Assembly: GCA_963810095.1 (NCBI GenBank)
Contig: CAWEMM010000006.1
Location: 384,001 to 448,000 of the forward strand
Reading direction: 5' to 3'
Length of the DNA: 64,000 nucleotides
From: an uncultured Chloroflexia bacterium
Lineage (GTDB): Bacteria > Chloroflexota > Anaerolineae > CG2-30-64-16
Part shown: positions 9,964 through 19,053 of the stretch, piece after piece
Layout of the letters: every line of letters starts with the position of its first letter
Numbering within the stretch: position 1 is the first letter of the stretch
Notes under the pieces: generated by a model
Told to the model about the DNA's origin: nothing
Database searches by the model: none
The model's input: the letters and a program-made list of their open reading frames with translations, nothing else
Program-made: the position numbers and the translations under genes

Positions 9964-11096
9964 GCTCTCTCCTGTCCTCCCTCAGACGGCGCTGCGTCAG
10001 CCGCTGCCCCAGGCTGCCGACCAGACCGTTCGCCTACATCGTACCAGTCGCCCACCAGGTCGCTCATCAGGCTCGCTACGTACCGGACGGCGCCGATCGT
10101 GTGATCGTAGGTCATGCGCAGCGGGCCAACGACGCCCAAGAGGCCGCTTGCGCCGCCCTCCACGCCATAGCGCGAGAGCACGAGCGCCAGGTCCGTAAAC
10201 TCGTGCCAGCGTCCCTCGCCGCCGATAAGCACCTGCACGCCGCCGATCTGTGGTGGGGCCGCCGTGGACACGATGCTGTGGAGTGACGGCCCCTCGATGG
10301 CTTGCACGATGTCACGCGCCTGACCGCCCAGCGCAAACTCCGGCTCGTCCAGGATGTGCAGCAGCCCGTCCCGGTACAGCGCGTCTTCGCCCTGGCGGTC
10401 CACTGCCGACATGATTTGCCCCACCACTCGCAGGATCAGGCGGCCCATGTGCCGGCTGGATTCGGGCAACCGCCGAATCTCGTGCTCGATCTCGCCCGCG
10501 CGCTTGCCGCGGAACCGGTCGTTAATCTCGTTCGACAGCCGGCTGAGCTGCTCCTGCTCGACGACCTCGTCCAGGGTCAGCATTTGCTGCTTAACCGTGC
10601 CGCCCAGCAGCACCAGGACCATCAGGATCACGTTGTCGCGCAGGCTGATCAGCTCCAGATGCTTGAAGCGGCTCTCGTGAGATCGCGGGGGCGTCGCCAG
10701 TGCAGCCTTGCGCGTGGTGTGTGCCAGCACCGCCACGGCCAGCCGCACCCACTGGTCCAACTCGAGCCGCGCCTGGTGAAACTGGTGGCTGATCATGTGC
10801 TGCTCGGGCAGCGGCAGCTCGGTCTCGCCCAGCAGGTGCTCCACAAAGTAGCGGTAACCGGACTCGGTCGGGATACGCCCGGCGGAAGTGTGCGGATGCG
10901 TGAGGTAGCCCATCTCCTCGAGCGCGGCCATCTCGTTCCGGATGGTCGCCGGGCTGATCTCCAGTCCGTAGGACTGGACAAACGTCTTCGAGCCGACCGG
11001 CATCCCCCGTTCGACGTAGGAACGGATGATGAGGCCCAGCACGGCCTGGCGCCGTGGGGTCATGTCCGGGTTCGGTCTCGGGTCCACGTTTAGCAC
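9960..11096 (-). CDS. hrcA: Heat-inducible transcription repressor HrcA
   Basis: PVGSK...SPATIRNEMAALEEMGYLTHPHTSAGRIPT, GVVGPLRMTY; GTG start at 11096 inferred from an AAGGTGG RBS (alternative ATG at 11063). Confidence 0.97.
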   Translation of the reverse strand: MLNVDPRPNPDMTPRRQAVLGLIIRSYVERGMPVGSKTFVQSYGLEISPATIRNEMAALEEMGYLTHPHTSAGRIPTESGYRYFVEHLLGETELPLPEQHMISHQFHQARLELDQWVRLAVAVLAHTTRKAALATPPRSHESRFKHLELISLRDNVILMVLVLLGGTVKQQMLTLDEVVEQEQLSRLSNEINDRFRGKRAGEIEHEIRRLPESSRHMGRLILRVVGQIMSAVDRQGEDALYRDGLLHILDEPEFALGGQARDIVQAIEGPSLHSIVSTAAPPQIGGVQVLIGGEGRWHEFTDLALVLSRYGVEGGASGLLGVVGPLRMTYDHTIGAVRYVASLMSDLVGDWYDVGERSGRQPGAAADAAPSEGGQERA

Positions 11097-11120
11097 TCGA
11101 AATCCACCTTTTGGCACTCA

Positions 11121-11147
11121 TTAGCACTCGTGTAGCGAGAGTGCTAA
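11121..11147. promoter_or_regulatory. CIRCE operator (HrcA binding site)
   Basis: Exact TTAGCACTC-N9-GAGTGCTAA. Confidence 0.97.
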
Positions 11148-11160
11148 AGGCACGAGCAAA

Positions 11161-11189
11161 ATGATAGCACGAAGGGGCGGGGGTGTCAA
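11161..11189 (-). promoter_or_regulatory. Sigma70-type promoter of hrcA-grpE-dnaK
   Basis: TTGACA-17 nt-TATCAT with an extended -10 TG, just upstream of CIRCE. Confidence 0.85.
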
Positions 11190-11307
11190 AATGCTGGCCA
11201 TTAATCCGTCGCGGTGCGAGGGTGACGAAACTGTTACGCGCATGGCGTAGCAACGGGTGTATGCTGACATTGTTCAGTTCTCTTGCGCGCGCCATAGGAG
11301 GTGTACA

Positions 11308-13526
11308 TTGAACGTTCACCGCCCGGCTGTTTTCCTCGTGATTTTCGCCCTCTGCCTGGTCGCGGCCGCGTCCACGGCACCGGCCCTCGCCTTGGCTCCA
11401 CCCGATCCCACCGCCCCACCCGGCTGGACCACCTCCTGCATCTACTGCCCGAAGCGGTTCGACGCGCCTGGCGAGCACTACGTCGCGATCGACGCGGCCG
11501 GCCACCCCCACCTCGCTTACGGCGGCGACGCGCTCTACTACGCGCTGCGCGATGAAGCGGGCTGGCACACGGAGACCGTCGACAGCACCGCCGGCACAGG
11601 TGTGCGGGCCAGCCTCGCGCTCGCTCCGGGCGGGACGGTGGGCATTGCCTACTACAGTCGGGCCAGCGGCGCCCTTATGTTCGCGCGGCGGGTGGGGCAG
11701 GCCTGGGAGACCGAAACCGTCGACCTGGCAGGTGACTTAACCCGCGCCCGTCTCTCTCGCCGCAGATTCGTCGGGTCGCTTTCACATCGCTTTCCTGGCC
11801 TGGCGCAGCGCGCCCGAAGCGACGTTCGCGATGATCAAGTATGCCTATCGCGATGCGCAAGGCTGGCACAGGTCCGACGTGACGGCCTCGCCGCCGAGTG
11901 TGGTCGACATGTCGCTGGCCGTCTCGCCCGGCGGCATGCCTCACATTGCCTATAGAGATGAAGACGGCGCCCTGAGGTACGTCTACCGGCAGAACGACAC
12001 ATGGCAGAGTCGCCCGCCCATCGCGCAGGAAATCTGGAATGGGGCGCTGGCCCTCGCTCTGGATACTGACGGGATGCCGCATATCCTCTACTCGCACTAT
12101 CCGACCAACGATCCCTACGATGCCAACAAGATGCTCGACTACGCGCACCCGGACGGTGACGGCTGGACGACAGAGACGGTCGACACAGGCCGGCCGTTCG
12201 AGTCGCTCTCGCTGCTGGTAGACGGCGCCGGCTTGCTCCACGCGGCCGCCACCAGCTTGGCCTATTCGTCAGCGCCTGGCGCGGAAAAGCCCTTCCCGGG
12301 CTATGCTTGGTACGCATGGCGCGACGCGGACGGCTGGCACCTCGATGCGGTAGAGCAAGCCGGCTACGCTGCCGACCTGGCCTTGAACCCACAGGGCGAG
12401 GTCCGCTTCGCCTTCTTCCTCGCCGGCACCACACTCAACGTGGCGCAGCCGGGGCCGCTGGGCGGGTGGCACGCGGAGACGGTCGACACGCAAGAAGCGC
12501 TGTCGGGCCCCATCGCGCTGGCCGTGGACCGGCAGGGCAAGCCTCAGGTCGCGTACCGGGGGGATGGCCTTTACCATGCCGTACCGGCGCCGGACGGTTG
12601 GCAGCGCGAGGCGGTCCTCGAGCTCGGCGGGGTGGCAGGACCTGGCGGTCGATTCGCTCGGCCAACCCCACCTGGCCGCCGTGGAGCAGTACCGGCCGCC
12701 CCCGTGGCAGCCGCAGCCCTGGAGCTACCGGCTCTGGTACGCGACCGAGCAGGCCGGCGAGTGGCAGCGGACCGTGATTGCGAACGAAGCCGGCCACCGG
12801 CCCGCCATCGCCGTCGATGGCCAAGACCGGGTCCATCTCGCGTACATCTATGCACACCCCGAGGCAATGGACAGCGAGCTGGTTTACCTCCTAGACAGCC
12901 AGTCGACCGTTCTCGCGAGGAGCTGGGGCTTCGCCAGCCTCTCTCTGGCGGTCGATTCGCAGGCGAACCCGCGCATCGTGCATATGGACGGAGACTCTCG
13001 CATCACCTATCAGTACTTTGATGGCACGGCGTGGTGGGCCGAGCCGGTCGGAGCGCCGCCGGAGGCGCCGCGGTTCGACCCGTCACTCGCACTGGACGCA
13101 GCCGGGCAGCCCGCGGTCGCTTATGTCGAGAACCTGCCTGGAATGTATACCCGGGTGCTGTTCGCCGTGCGCACGCCGGCCGGGTGGGCGGTCAAGACCG
13201 TCCTGCAGGAGGACTTCGGCGCGGACTACGTGCCCGGCAGGGGCGTAGGGGAAGAAATCTGCCTGGTCTTCGACACGTCAGGCAAGCCCCATCTCGTCTT
13301 CGTGCGCGACGGGCAGCTCCAGCACGGCTGGCGCGGCCCGGCGGGGTGGCAGTTCGAGAACGTCGACCCCTCGGCCGTCCCGGCCGGGTTTGATCTGGCG
13401 GCAGGAACGGATGGCCGGCTTCTCGTCGCCTATATCGACTCCTTGAGCAACGACGCCCGTCTCGCCGAACTCGCGCCTCGTCCTCCAGAGCGCAGCAGGC
13501 TCTTCCTCCCCGTGATCGTGAGGTGA
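11308..13526 (+). CDS. Secreted repeat protein (likely beta-propeller) with C-terminal LFLPVIVR tail; apparent frameshifts near 11750-11800 and 12630
   Basis: Signal peptide; repeats of (S)LA(L/V)D-x-x-G-x-PH(I/L)AY...W-x-x-ETVD across three ORF frames; AGGAGG RBS before a TTG start. Confidence 0.75.
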
Positions 13527-13529
13527 CGT

Positions 13530-16259
13530 ATGAAGGCGAAATTCCTGCTGATGACGTTCATCCTCGGGGCGGCGCTCGGCTTCGCCGGCCTGCCTGCGCT
13601 GGCACATCGTGCCCCTGCCCCGGGCCAGGCCGCTGCGGAGCCAACGTCCGGGCGGTGGGAGCTGATCTACGAGGAGCACGGGCTCCGTATCGACCCGCCG
13701 GGGGAACGCGCGCTTGTCGTGGATCGTGCCGGGGTAACCCATGCGGTGTACGGCGGCTCGGGGCTGTACTATGAGCGCCGTGTGGGCGATACCTGGCAAC
13801 ACGAGGTCGCGGATCCGGCGCCCGCCGCCGGCAACGGCGCTTCTATCGCGGTTGATCTTTCTAACCAGGTGCATGTCTGTTATCTGTTCGGGGAACCAGC
13901 AGAGTTGCGGCATGCCTGGCGTGACGCGGCCGGCTGGCACAGAGAGACCGTCACGACAGCCATCGATTCAAGCCGTCGCTGTTCCATCGCGGCGGGAGCG
14001 GGAACCTCCCTGGGTATCGCGTTCCGTGGCCCTGGAGGCGAGGTGATCTACGCGTATCGGGATACGACCTCATGGCACCGAGAGACGCTGGCCACCGGCC
14101 TCTATCCCGACAGCTTCTCACTGCTGATCGACGGCACCACGCCGCTGCTGGCTGTGAGCGGACAGGGGCTCTATTACTTCTACCGCACCACGGCGGGATG
14201 GGAGCAGGAGAAGGTGGCGGACGTCGCGTACAGCGCATCGATAGCGGCCGGCGGCGGCATCTTGCGGATCGCGTACCCGAAATCGGAGGAGCTGGCGCTT
14301 GCAACCCGCTCGGGCGGGAGGTGGCAATCCGAGACGGTCGCGACGGGCGAGGGAATTTTCGAAGCATCGCTGGCGGTGGATGCCGGGGGCAACCCGCACG
14401 TTGCCTACTACAACGGCGCGTCCGAACATACCCTTATGATTGCCAGCCGGGATTCCGATGGCTGGCACTCCGCACCCACCGGAAGCGTCGCGAGCAGGAA
14501 CACGCCACACGTATCGCTCGCGCTTCGAGGCGAAACGCCCGTGCTTGCCGAGTGCAAGGAGTGCGACGGTTATTACCCGATCGCCGATAAGGCGCAGGTC
14601 GACGTAACAGTGCTGGACACGGCGGGCGCGACCACCGAGACCCTGGCCGCCGCCTACTTTGTAGGGCAGAAGCAGAAGCTGGCGATGCAAGGGGACGGCA
14701 CGGTCCACCTCGTCTATTCGGACAGCCGGTACGACAACCCGCTCTACCTTAGGCAGGACAACGGCTCGTGGAAGCGTGAGACGATCGCGGGCGCCTCGGT
14801 CACGGACGCGCTCGCACTCGACAGCCACGGCCGGCCGCACATCGCCTTCGCGGACGCGCAGGGGGTGCATCACGGCGCTTGGGATGGGTCCGTGTGGCAT
14901 TTCGAGGCAGTCGCGCCCTCCCCGGCGGCCGATCCTGCCCTCGCCCTGGACGCGCAGGACGGGCCGCACCTCGCCTGGACAGACGATACCGGGCTGCAAC
15001 TCGGCTGGAAGACCGGCGGACAGTGGTCGCGCGAACGAGCGGCAGCAGGATCCGTGCAAGCGCCCGCCATCGGCATCGACGCATCCGGAACCACCCATGT
15101 CAGCTATAGCGACGCGAGCGGCCTGCGTTATGCCTACAAGTATGATGGCCGCTGGTTCCGCGGATACCCGGCACCGCTGCGTGCGGTAACCGGGCCCGCG
15201 GCGCTGGTGCTGGATACGCCGGGTGCCTCCTATCTCGGTCTTCTCGCGACGTGTTACATGCCGAACGGCGACGTGCTGAGCCAGCCTGGGGCCGCGCTGC
15301 GCATGGGGCGGGAGTGGCGGTTCGAAGAACTAGGAGAATGCTCTTACGCCGCGGGTGCGGCTTCGCTGGCCGCCAGCGGCGACGGCGAGGTGCGCGCTGC
15401 GTACGGGATAGGGGCTTTCCCGTACGAGCTCCGCTACGCGCGGCGAGTGGCGGGCCAGTGGCAGGCCGAGACGGTTTACCGGTCAGAGCGCCAATGGGAC
15501 ATCCTCCAGCAGCTTCCGGCCTCGCTCGCCCTGGATGGCACGGGTCGGCCGACCATTAGCCACTACAACCCTGACACACTCGGCCTGGCAATCTTCCGCT
15601 GGGTAGAGGCCCCCGCTACACCTACGCCCACGCCCGGCCCGACCCAGACGCCCTCCCTCACTTGCCTGACGCCCACGCCCGCGGCCCCTTACACGGGCGT
15701 GCCGCCCGCGTCTGGCGCGGTTCAGCGCCAGGTCGTTCACTGCGCCGATGACGCCTACGTGCGCGTCGACACGGACCTCATTCTCTACGACGCGGGGTAC
15801 GTGCGCATGGGGGCGCGTAATGACGGGTCGATCCCCTACGTCTCGGCCTTCCTGTTCCGCGACGTGCGCGTCCCGCGTGGCGCCGACATTACTTCGGCGA
15901 GGCTGCGCCTGCAGCCCGAGCTCCATTCGGAGGGGACAACTGTGGCGGTGTCGATCGCCGGCGAGCTGCACGGCCAGTCCGGCGACTTCAACCCGAACAA
16001 CTGGTGGCCGCAGGACCGCCCCCGCACCGTTGCGCGTGTCGGCTGGACCGTGCCCGCGACGCTCACCACCCCGGTGGACTCGCCCGACATCGCCGCAATC
16101 GTCGAGGAAATCGTCGCCCTGCCCGGCTGGAAACCGGGCAATAACATTGCGATCCTGGTCGATGCCATGGAAGGGACTAATGCGTGGATCAACTGGCATG
16201 CGTACGATGGAAAGCCGGCAGCCGCGGCCCAGTTATCGCTGAGCTACCAGCCGAAGTAG
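13530..16259 (+). CDS. Secreted beta-propeller-like repeat protein with PT linker and C-terminal beta-sandwich (DNRLRE/CBM96-like) domain
   Basis: Signal peptide; same repeat unit as the upstream gene; ATPTPTPGPTQTP linker; DDAYV...FLFRDVRVPRGADITSARLRL. Confidence 0.75.
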   Translation: MKAKFLLMTFILGAALGFAGLPALAHRAPAPGQAAAEPTSGRWELIYEEHGLRIDPPGERALVVDRAGVTHAVYGGSGLYYERRVGDTWQHEVADPAPAAGNGASIAVDLSNQVHVCYLFGEPAELRHAWRDAAGWHRETVTTAIDSSRRCSIAAGAGTSLGIAFRGPGGEVIYAYRDTTSWHRETLATGLYPDSFSLLIDGTTPLLAVSGQGLYYFYRTTAGWEQEKVADVAYSASIAAGGGILRIAYPKSEELALATRSGGRWQSETVATGEGIFEASLAVDAGGNPHVAYYNGASEHTLMIASRDSDGWHSAPTGSVASRNTPHVSLALRGETPVLAECKECDGYYPIADKAQVDVTVLDTAGATTETLAAAYFVGQKQKLAMQGDGTVHLVYSDSRYDNPLYLRQDNGSWKRETIAGASVTDALALDSHGRPHIAFADAQGVHHGAWDGSVWHFEAVAPSPAADPALALDAQDGPHLAWTDDTGLQLGWKTGGQWSRERAAAGSVQAPAIGIDASGTTHVSYSDASGLRYAYKYDGRWFRGYPAPLRAVTGPAALVLDTPGASYLGLLATCYMPNGDVLSQPGAALRMGREWRFEELGECSYAAGAASLAASGDGEVRAAYGIGAFPYELRYARRVAGQWQAETVYRSERQWDILQQLPASLALDGTGRPTISHYNPDTLGLAIFRWVEAPATPTPTPGPTQTPSLTCLTPTPAAPYTGVPPASGAVQRQVVHCADDAYVRVDTDLILYDAGYVRMGARNDGSIPYVSAFLFRDVRVPRGADITSARLRLQPELHSEGTTVAVSIAGELHGQSGDFNPNNWWPQDRPRTVARVGWTVPATLTTPVDSPDIAAIVEEIVALPGWKPGNNIAILVDAMEGTNAWINWHAYDGKPAAAAQLSLSYQPK

Positions 16260-16305
16260 GGGCCGCCGAGCCGGGACTGGCAAAAATCTCGCTAGAAAGT
16301 TGACT

Positions 16306-16470
16306 TAGTGTCTATCCGAAAACTCGTTAGGATGCCAAACGCCGCAACAAGAGCATCCTGAGCGTAAGCCCGAAGGGCTGTAGTCGAAGGATGCGCTGTG
16401 CGTTCCAGCCTGTCGCATCCTTCGACTACGCTCAGGATACTCACGCTCTGATAGATTTACGGACACGCTT
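16306..16470. mobile_element. MITE-like element with a nested family G palindrome pair, between convergent genes
   Basis: Imperfect terminal inverted arms tagtgtctatccgaaaactc / gatttacggacacgct enclosing two inverted CATCCTGAGCG...GTCGAAGGATGC units (16353-16440). Confidence 0.55.
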
Positions 16471-17877
16471 TTAGTACGCGGCTTTGTCGAAAAACGCCCT
16501 GAGTCCCGTGCGGATGATAATCTTGAAGTCGAGCCAGAGGGACCAGTTCTCGATGTACCACAGGTCGTACTTGGTCCGCTCCGCGATGGAGGTGTCGCCG
16601 CGCAAGCCGTTGATCTGCGCCCAGCCCGTGATGCCGGCCTTTTCGCGGTGCCGCTCCATGTACCGGGGGATGCTTTGGCGGAACTGGTCGACGTACGAGG
16701 GTTGCTCGGGACGCGGGCCAACCAGGCTCATGTCGCCCATGAGCACGTTGATGAACTGAGGGAACTCGTCGATCGAGGTCTTGCGGATCAACGCACCGAT
16801 GCGGGTGCGCCGGGGGTCGTCCTTTGTGGTCCAGTTGCCCAGCCGTTCCGCATCCGCCCGCATGGAGCGGAACTTGAGCATCTTGAACGGCTTTGCGTCC
16901 AGCCCCATGCGCTCCTGGACGAAGAAGACGGGGCCCGGCGAATCCAGCTTGATCACGACGGCGGTCAGAAGCATCAGCGGAGCCGTGAAGAGCAGGAATA
17001 GGCCGCTGAAAAGGATGTCGACCGCCCGCTTGAGCGTCAGCTTCCAGCCCCGCAGCGCCACATCGCGGATGGTCAGCAGGGGCAGGCCCGCCAGGTCGCT
17101 GATCGTGACTTCGGACGCCATGATCTGGAACACGTCGGGGAAGACGCGGATGCTCACCTTCTCGCGCTCGCACTGGGAGATAATACCGACCAGTTCCTGG
17201 TGCGTCGCCTCGGGCAGGCCAATGACGACCTCGGCAATCTGGCAATCTTCGATCACCCGGGGCAGGTCTTCGACGTGGCCCAGCACCGGCAGGCCGAGCA
17301 CCTGGTCGGTTCCGCGTGCATGGCCGCCCGTGCCGTTCGTCCCCGCATCCGCAAAACCGACCACCTGGTAACCCAGCCCCGGCGTCTGCTGCATCTTTTG
17401 CAAGATCATCCGGCCCACTTCGCCCGTGCCGACGATCAGCACCCGCTCCGCGCCCACGCCCCGCCGCTGGAGCCAGCGGTGGATCCGGCTGTGGATGGCC
17501 CGGCCGCTCGTGATGGTGACGAGTGAAACGGCCCACGCGATGAGCATCAAGGCGCGCTGGAACTGGAGGGTGTCTTTGAGCGCGAAGGCGATAAATGCCA
17601 CCGCAATCAACGCGGCCACCGTGATGGCGCCGATCAGGCGGTAGATTTCGTCGAGAAGCAGCAGCGCATAACGCCGGTGATAGAACTTGTAGAAGAAGAA
17701 GACGACGACCGTGCTGACGGCCAGCGTTGTCCCCAGCGCGAAATAGTCGACAAACGGGCCGATGTCGGGGCCGCGCGTGGCCAGGCGGATCAGGTACGCG
17801 ATGAAGAACGCCAACCCGCTCATGGCCAGGTCGACGACGACGAGAGAGAGATTGTACACCACGCGCGGGCGTCTCAT
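16471..17877 (-). CDS. Undecaprenyl-phosphate glucose phosphotransferase (WcaJ-like priming transferase)
   Basis: N-terminal TM helices, [19 protein letters not shown]...IDEFPQ...[21 protein letters not shown]. Confidence 0.93.
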   Translation of the reverse strand: MRRPRVVYNLSLVVVDLAMSGLAFFIAYLIRLATRGPDIGPFVDYFALGTTLAVSTVVVFFFYKFYHRRYALLLLDEIYRLIGAITVAALIAVAFIAFALKDTLQFQRALMLIAWAVSLVTITSGRAIHSRIHRWLQRRGVGAERVLIVGTGEVGRMILQKMQQTPGLGYQVVGFADAGTNGTGGHARGTDQVLGLPVLGHVEDLPRVIEDCQIAEVVIGLPEATHQELVGIISQCEREKVSIRVFPDVFQIMASEVTISDLAGLPLLTIRDVALRGWKLTLKRAVDILFSGLFLLFTAPLMLLTAVVIKLDSPGPVFFVQERMGLDAKPFKMLKFRSMRADAERLGNWTTKDDPRRTRIGALIRKTSIDEFPQFINVLMGDMSLVGPRPEQPSYVDQFRQSIPRYMERHREKAGITGWAQINGLRGDTSIAERTKYDLWYIENWSLWLDFKIIIRTGLRAFFDKAAY

Positions 17878-18879
17878 CTCGGACGCCCCCCTGCGGCCGG
17901 CGCGGCGTACTGGCCCCGCCAGCGGCGCAGCGACAGGTCCAGCCAGCCAAAGAAGCCGACTCCGCCGCGCACGAGCCAATCCAGCCAGAACGGAGTGGTG
18001 GCGCGGTAGTGCTTGTCGTAGAAGATGTTCATCGCCCGGTAGAACTCGACGCGCGCCTTGTACGAGAAACGACTGGCCGCCTCCTTCACGTGCAGCACGG
18101 TGACCCGGCCGTTGTACCAGACCTCCCAACCGCAGTCGGTGATGCGCTTCGCCCAGTCCAGGTCTTCGCCGTACATGAAGAAAGCGTCGTCCAGCAGGCC
18201 CGCCGCCGCAATCGCCTCGGCCCGCACGAGCATGAACGCGCCCACGATGGCGTCCACTCGGGCCACGGCGTCGAGGGGTAGATACGTCAGGTTGTAACGC
18301 GCGAACCGCCGGCTCTGCGGAAAGAGACGGTCGAGGTAGAGCATGTGATAGAGCGAAGTCTGCGGCGTGGGAAACGAGCGCCGGCAAGCCTTGTCGAGCG
18401 AGCCGTCGAGCCGCACGAGTCGCGGGCCGGCCACGCCGGCCTTCGGCCGGCTCTCCAGGAACCCGACCATCCGCGCCAGGGCGTCAGCGGGCAAGACGGT
18501 GTCCGGGTTGAGCAGGAGCGCGTGCCGTGGCAGCAGGGCTGGGGTGAGGCCCGCGCTCGCCTCGTCTGCGAAGCCGTAGAGGCGGAGGCCCTGGTTGTTG
18601 GCGGCTGGATACCCGGCGTTCACCTGGTTGGCGATCACCCGCACCTGGGGAAAATCCCGGCGCACCATCGCCACGCTCCCGTCGGGCGACGCGTTGTCGA
18701 CCACACACACGTCGACGACCAGAGCCGCGGGGGTTTGGGCCGCGTTCCTCGGGCGCCAGGCGCGCCATATCTGTCTGGCTGGCAAAGACAGAACGTAAGC
18801 AATCGCGCAGCAGATCACAAGTGTTGTAATTTACTATAATGACCGCGAGATCGGGGCAAGCGGAGACCGTTGCGTCCAT
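17874..18879 (-). CDS. Family 2 glycosyltransferase (WbbL-like); apparent frameshift near 18770
   Basis: [15 protein letters not shown] in one frame; [22 protein letters not shown] and [10 protein letters not shown] in the next. Confidence 0.88.
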
Positions 18880-18889
18880 TGTGCAAGAC

Positions 18890-18918
18890 ATTATACACGT
18901 CCCGATGTTAAGGGTCAA
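18890..18918 (-). promoter_or_regulatory. Sigma70-type promoter of GT2-wcaJ (near-leaderless)
   Basis: TTGACC-17 nt-TATAAT, with the ATG 10 nt after the -10. Confidence 0.75.
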
Positions 18919-19053
18919 TTGTCGTAACGAAGCCGTCGCAGGTGGTCCGTCCATCAGTTACCGGCGGTACGGCGTGGCTGCGCTGGTGATTTGTGCTACA
19001 ATAACGTTGGTTTGTGGGCGCAGCCGTAATGAACAGAGAGGGGTGGAGGGTCG

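Noticed and set aside
11309-11318. TGAACGTTCA palindrome as a LacI-type operator
   Set aside because: It is short, overlaps the start codon of a secreted protein, and no LacI gene or second site is nearby.
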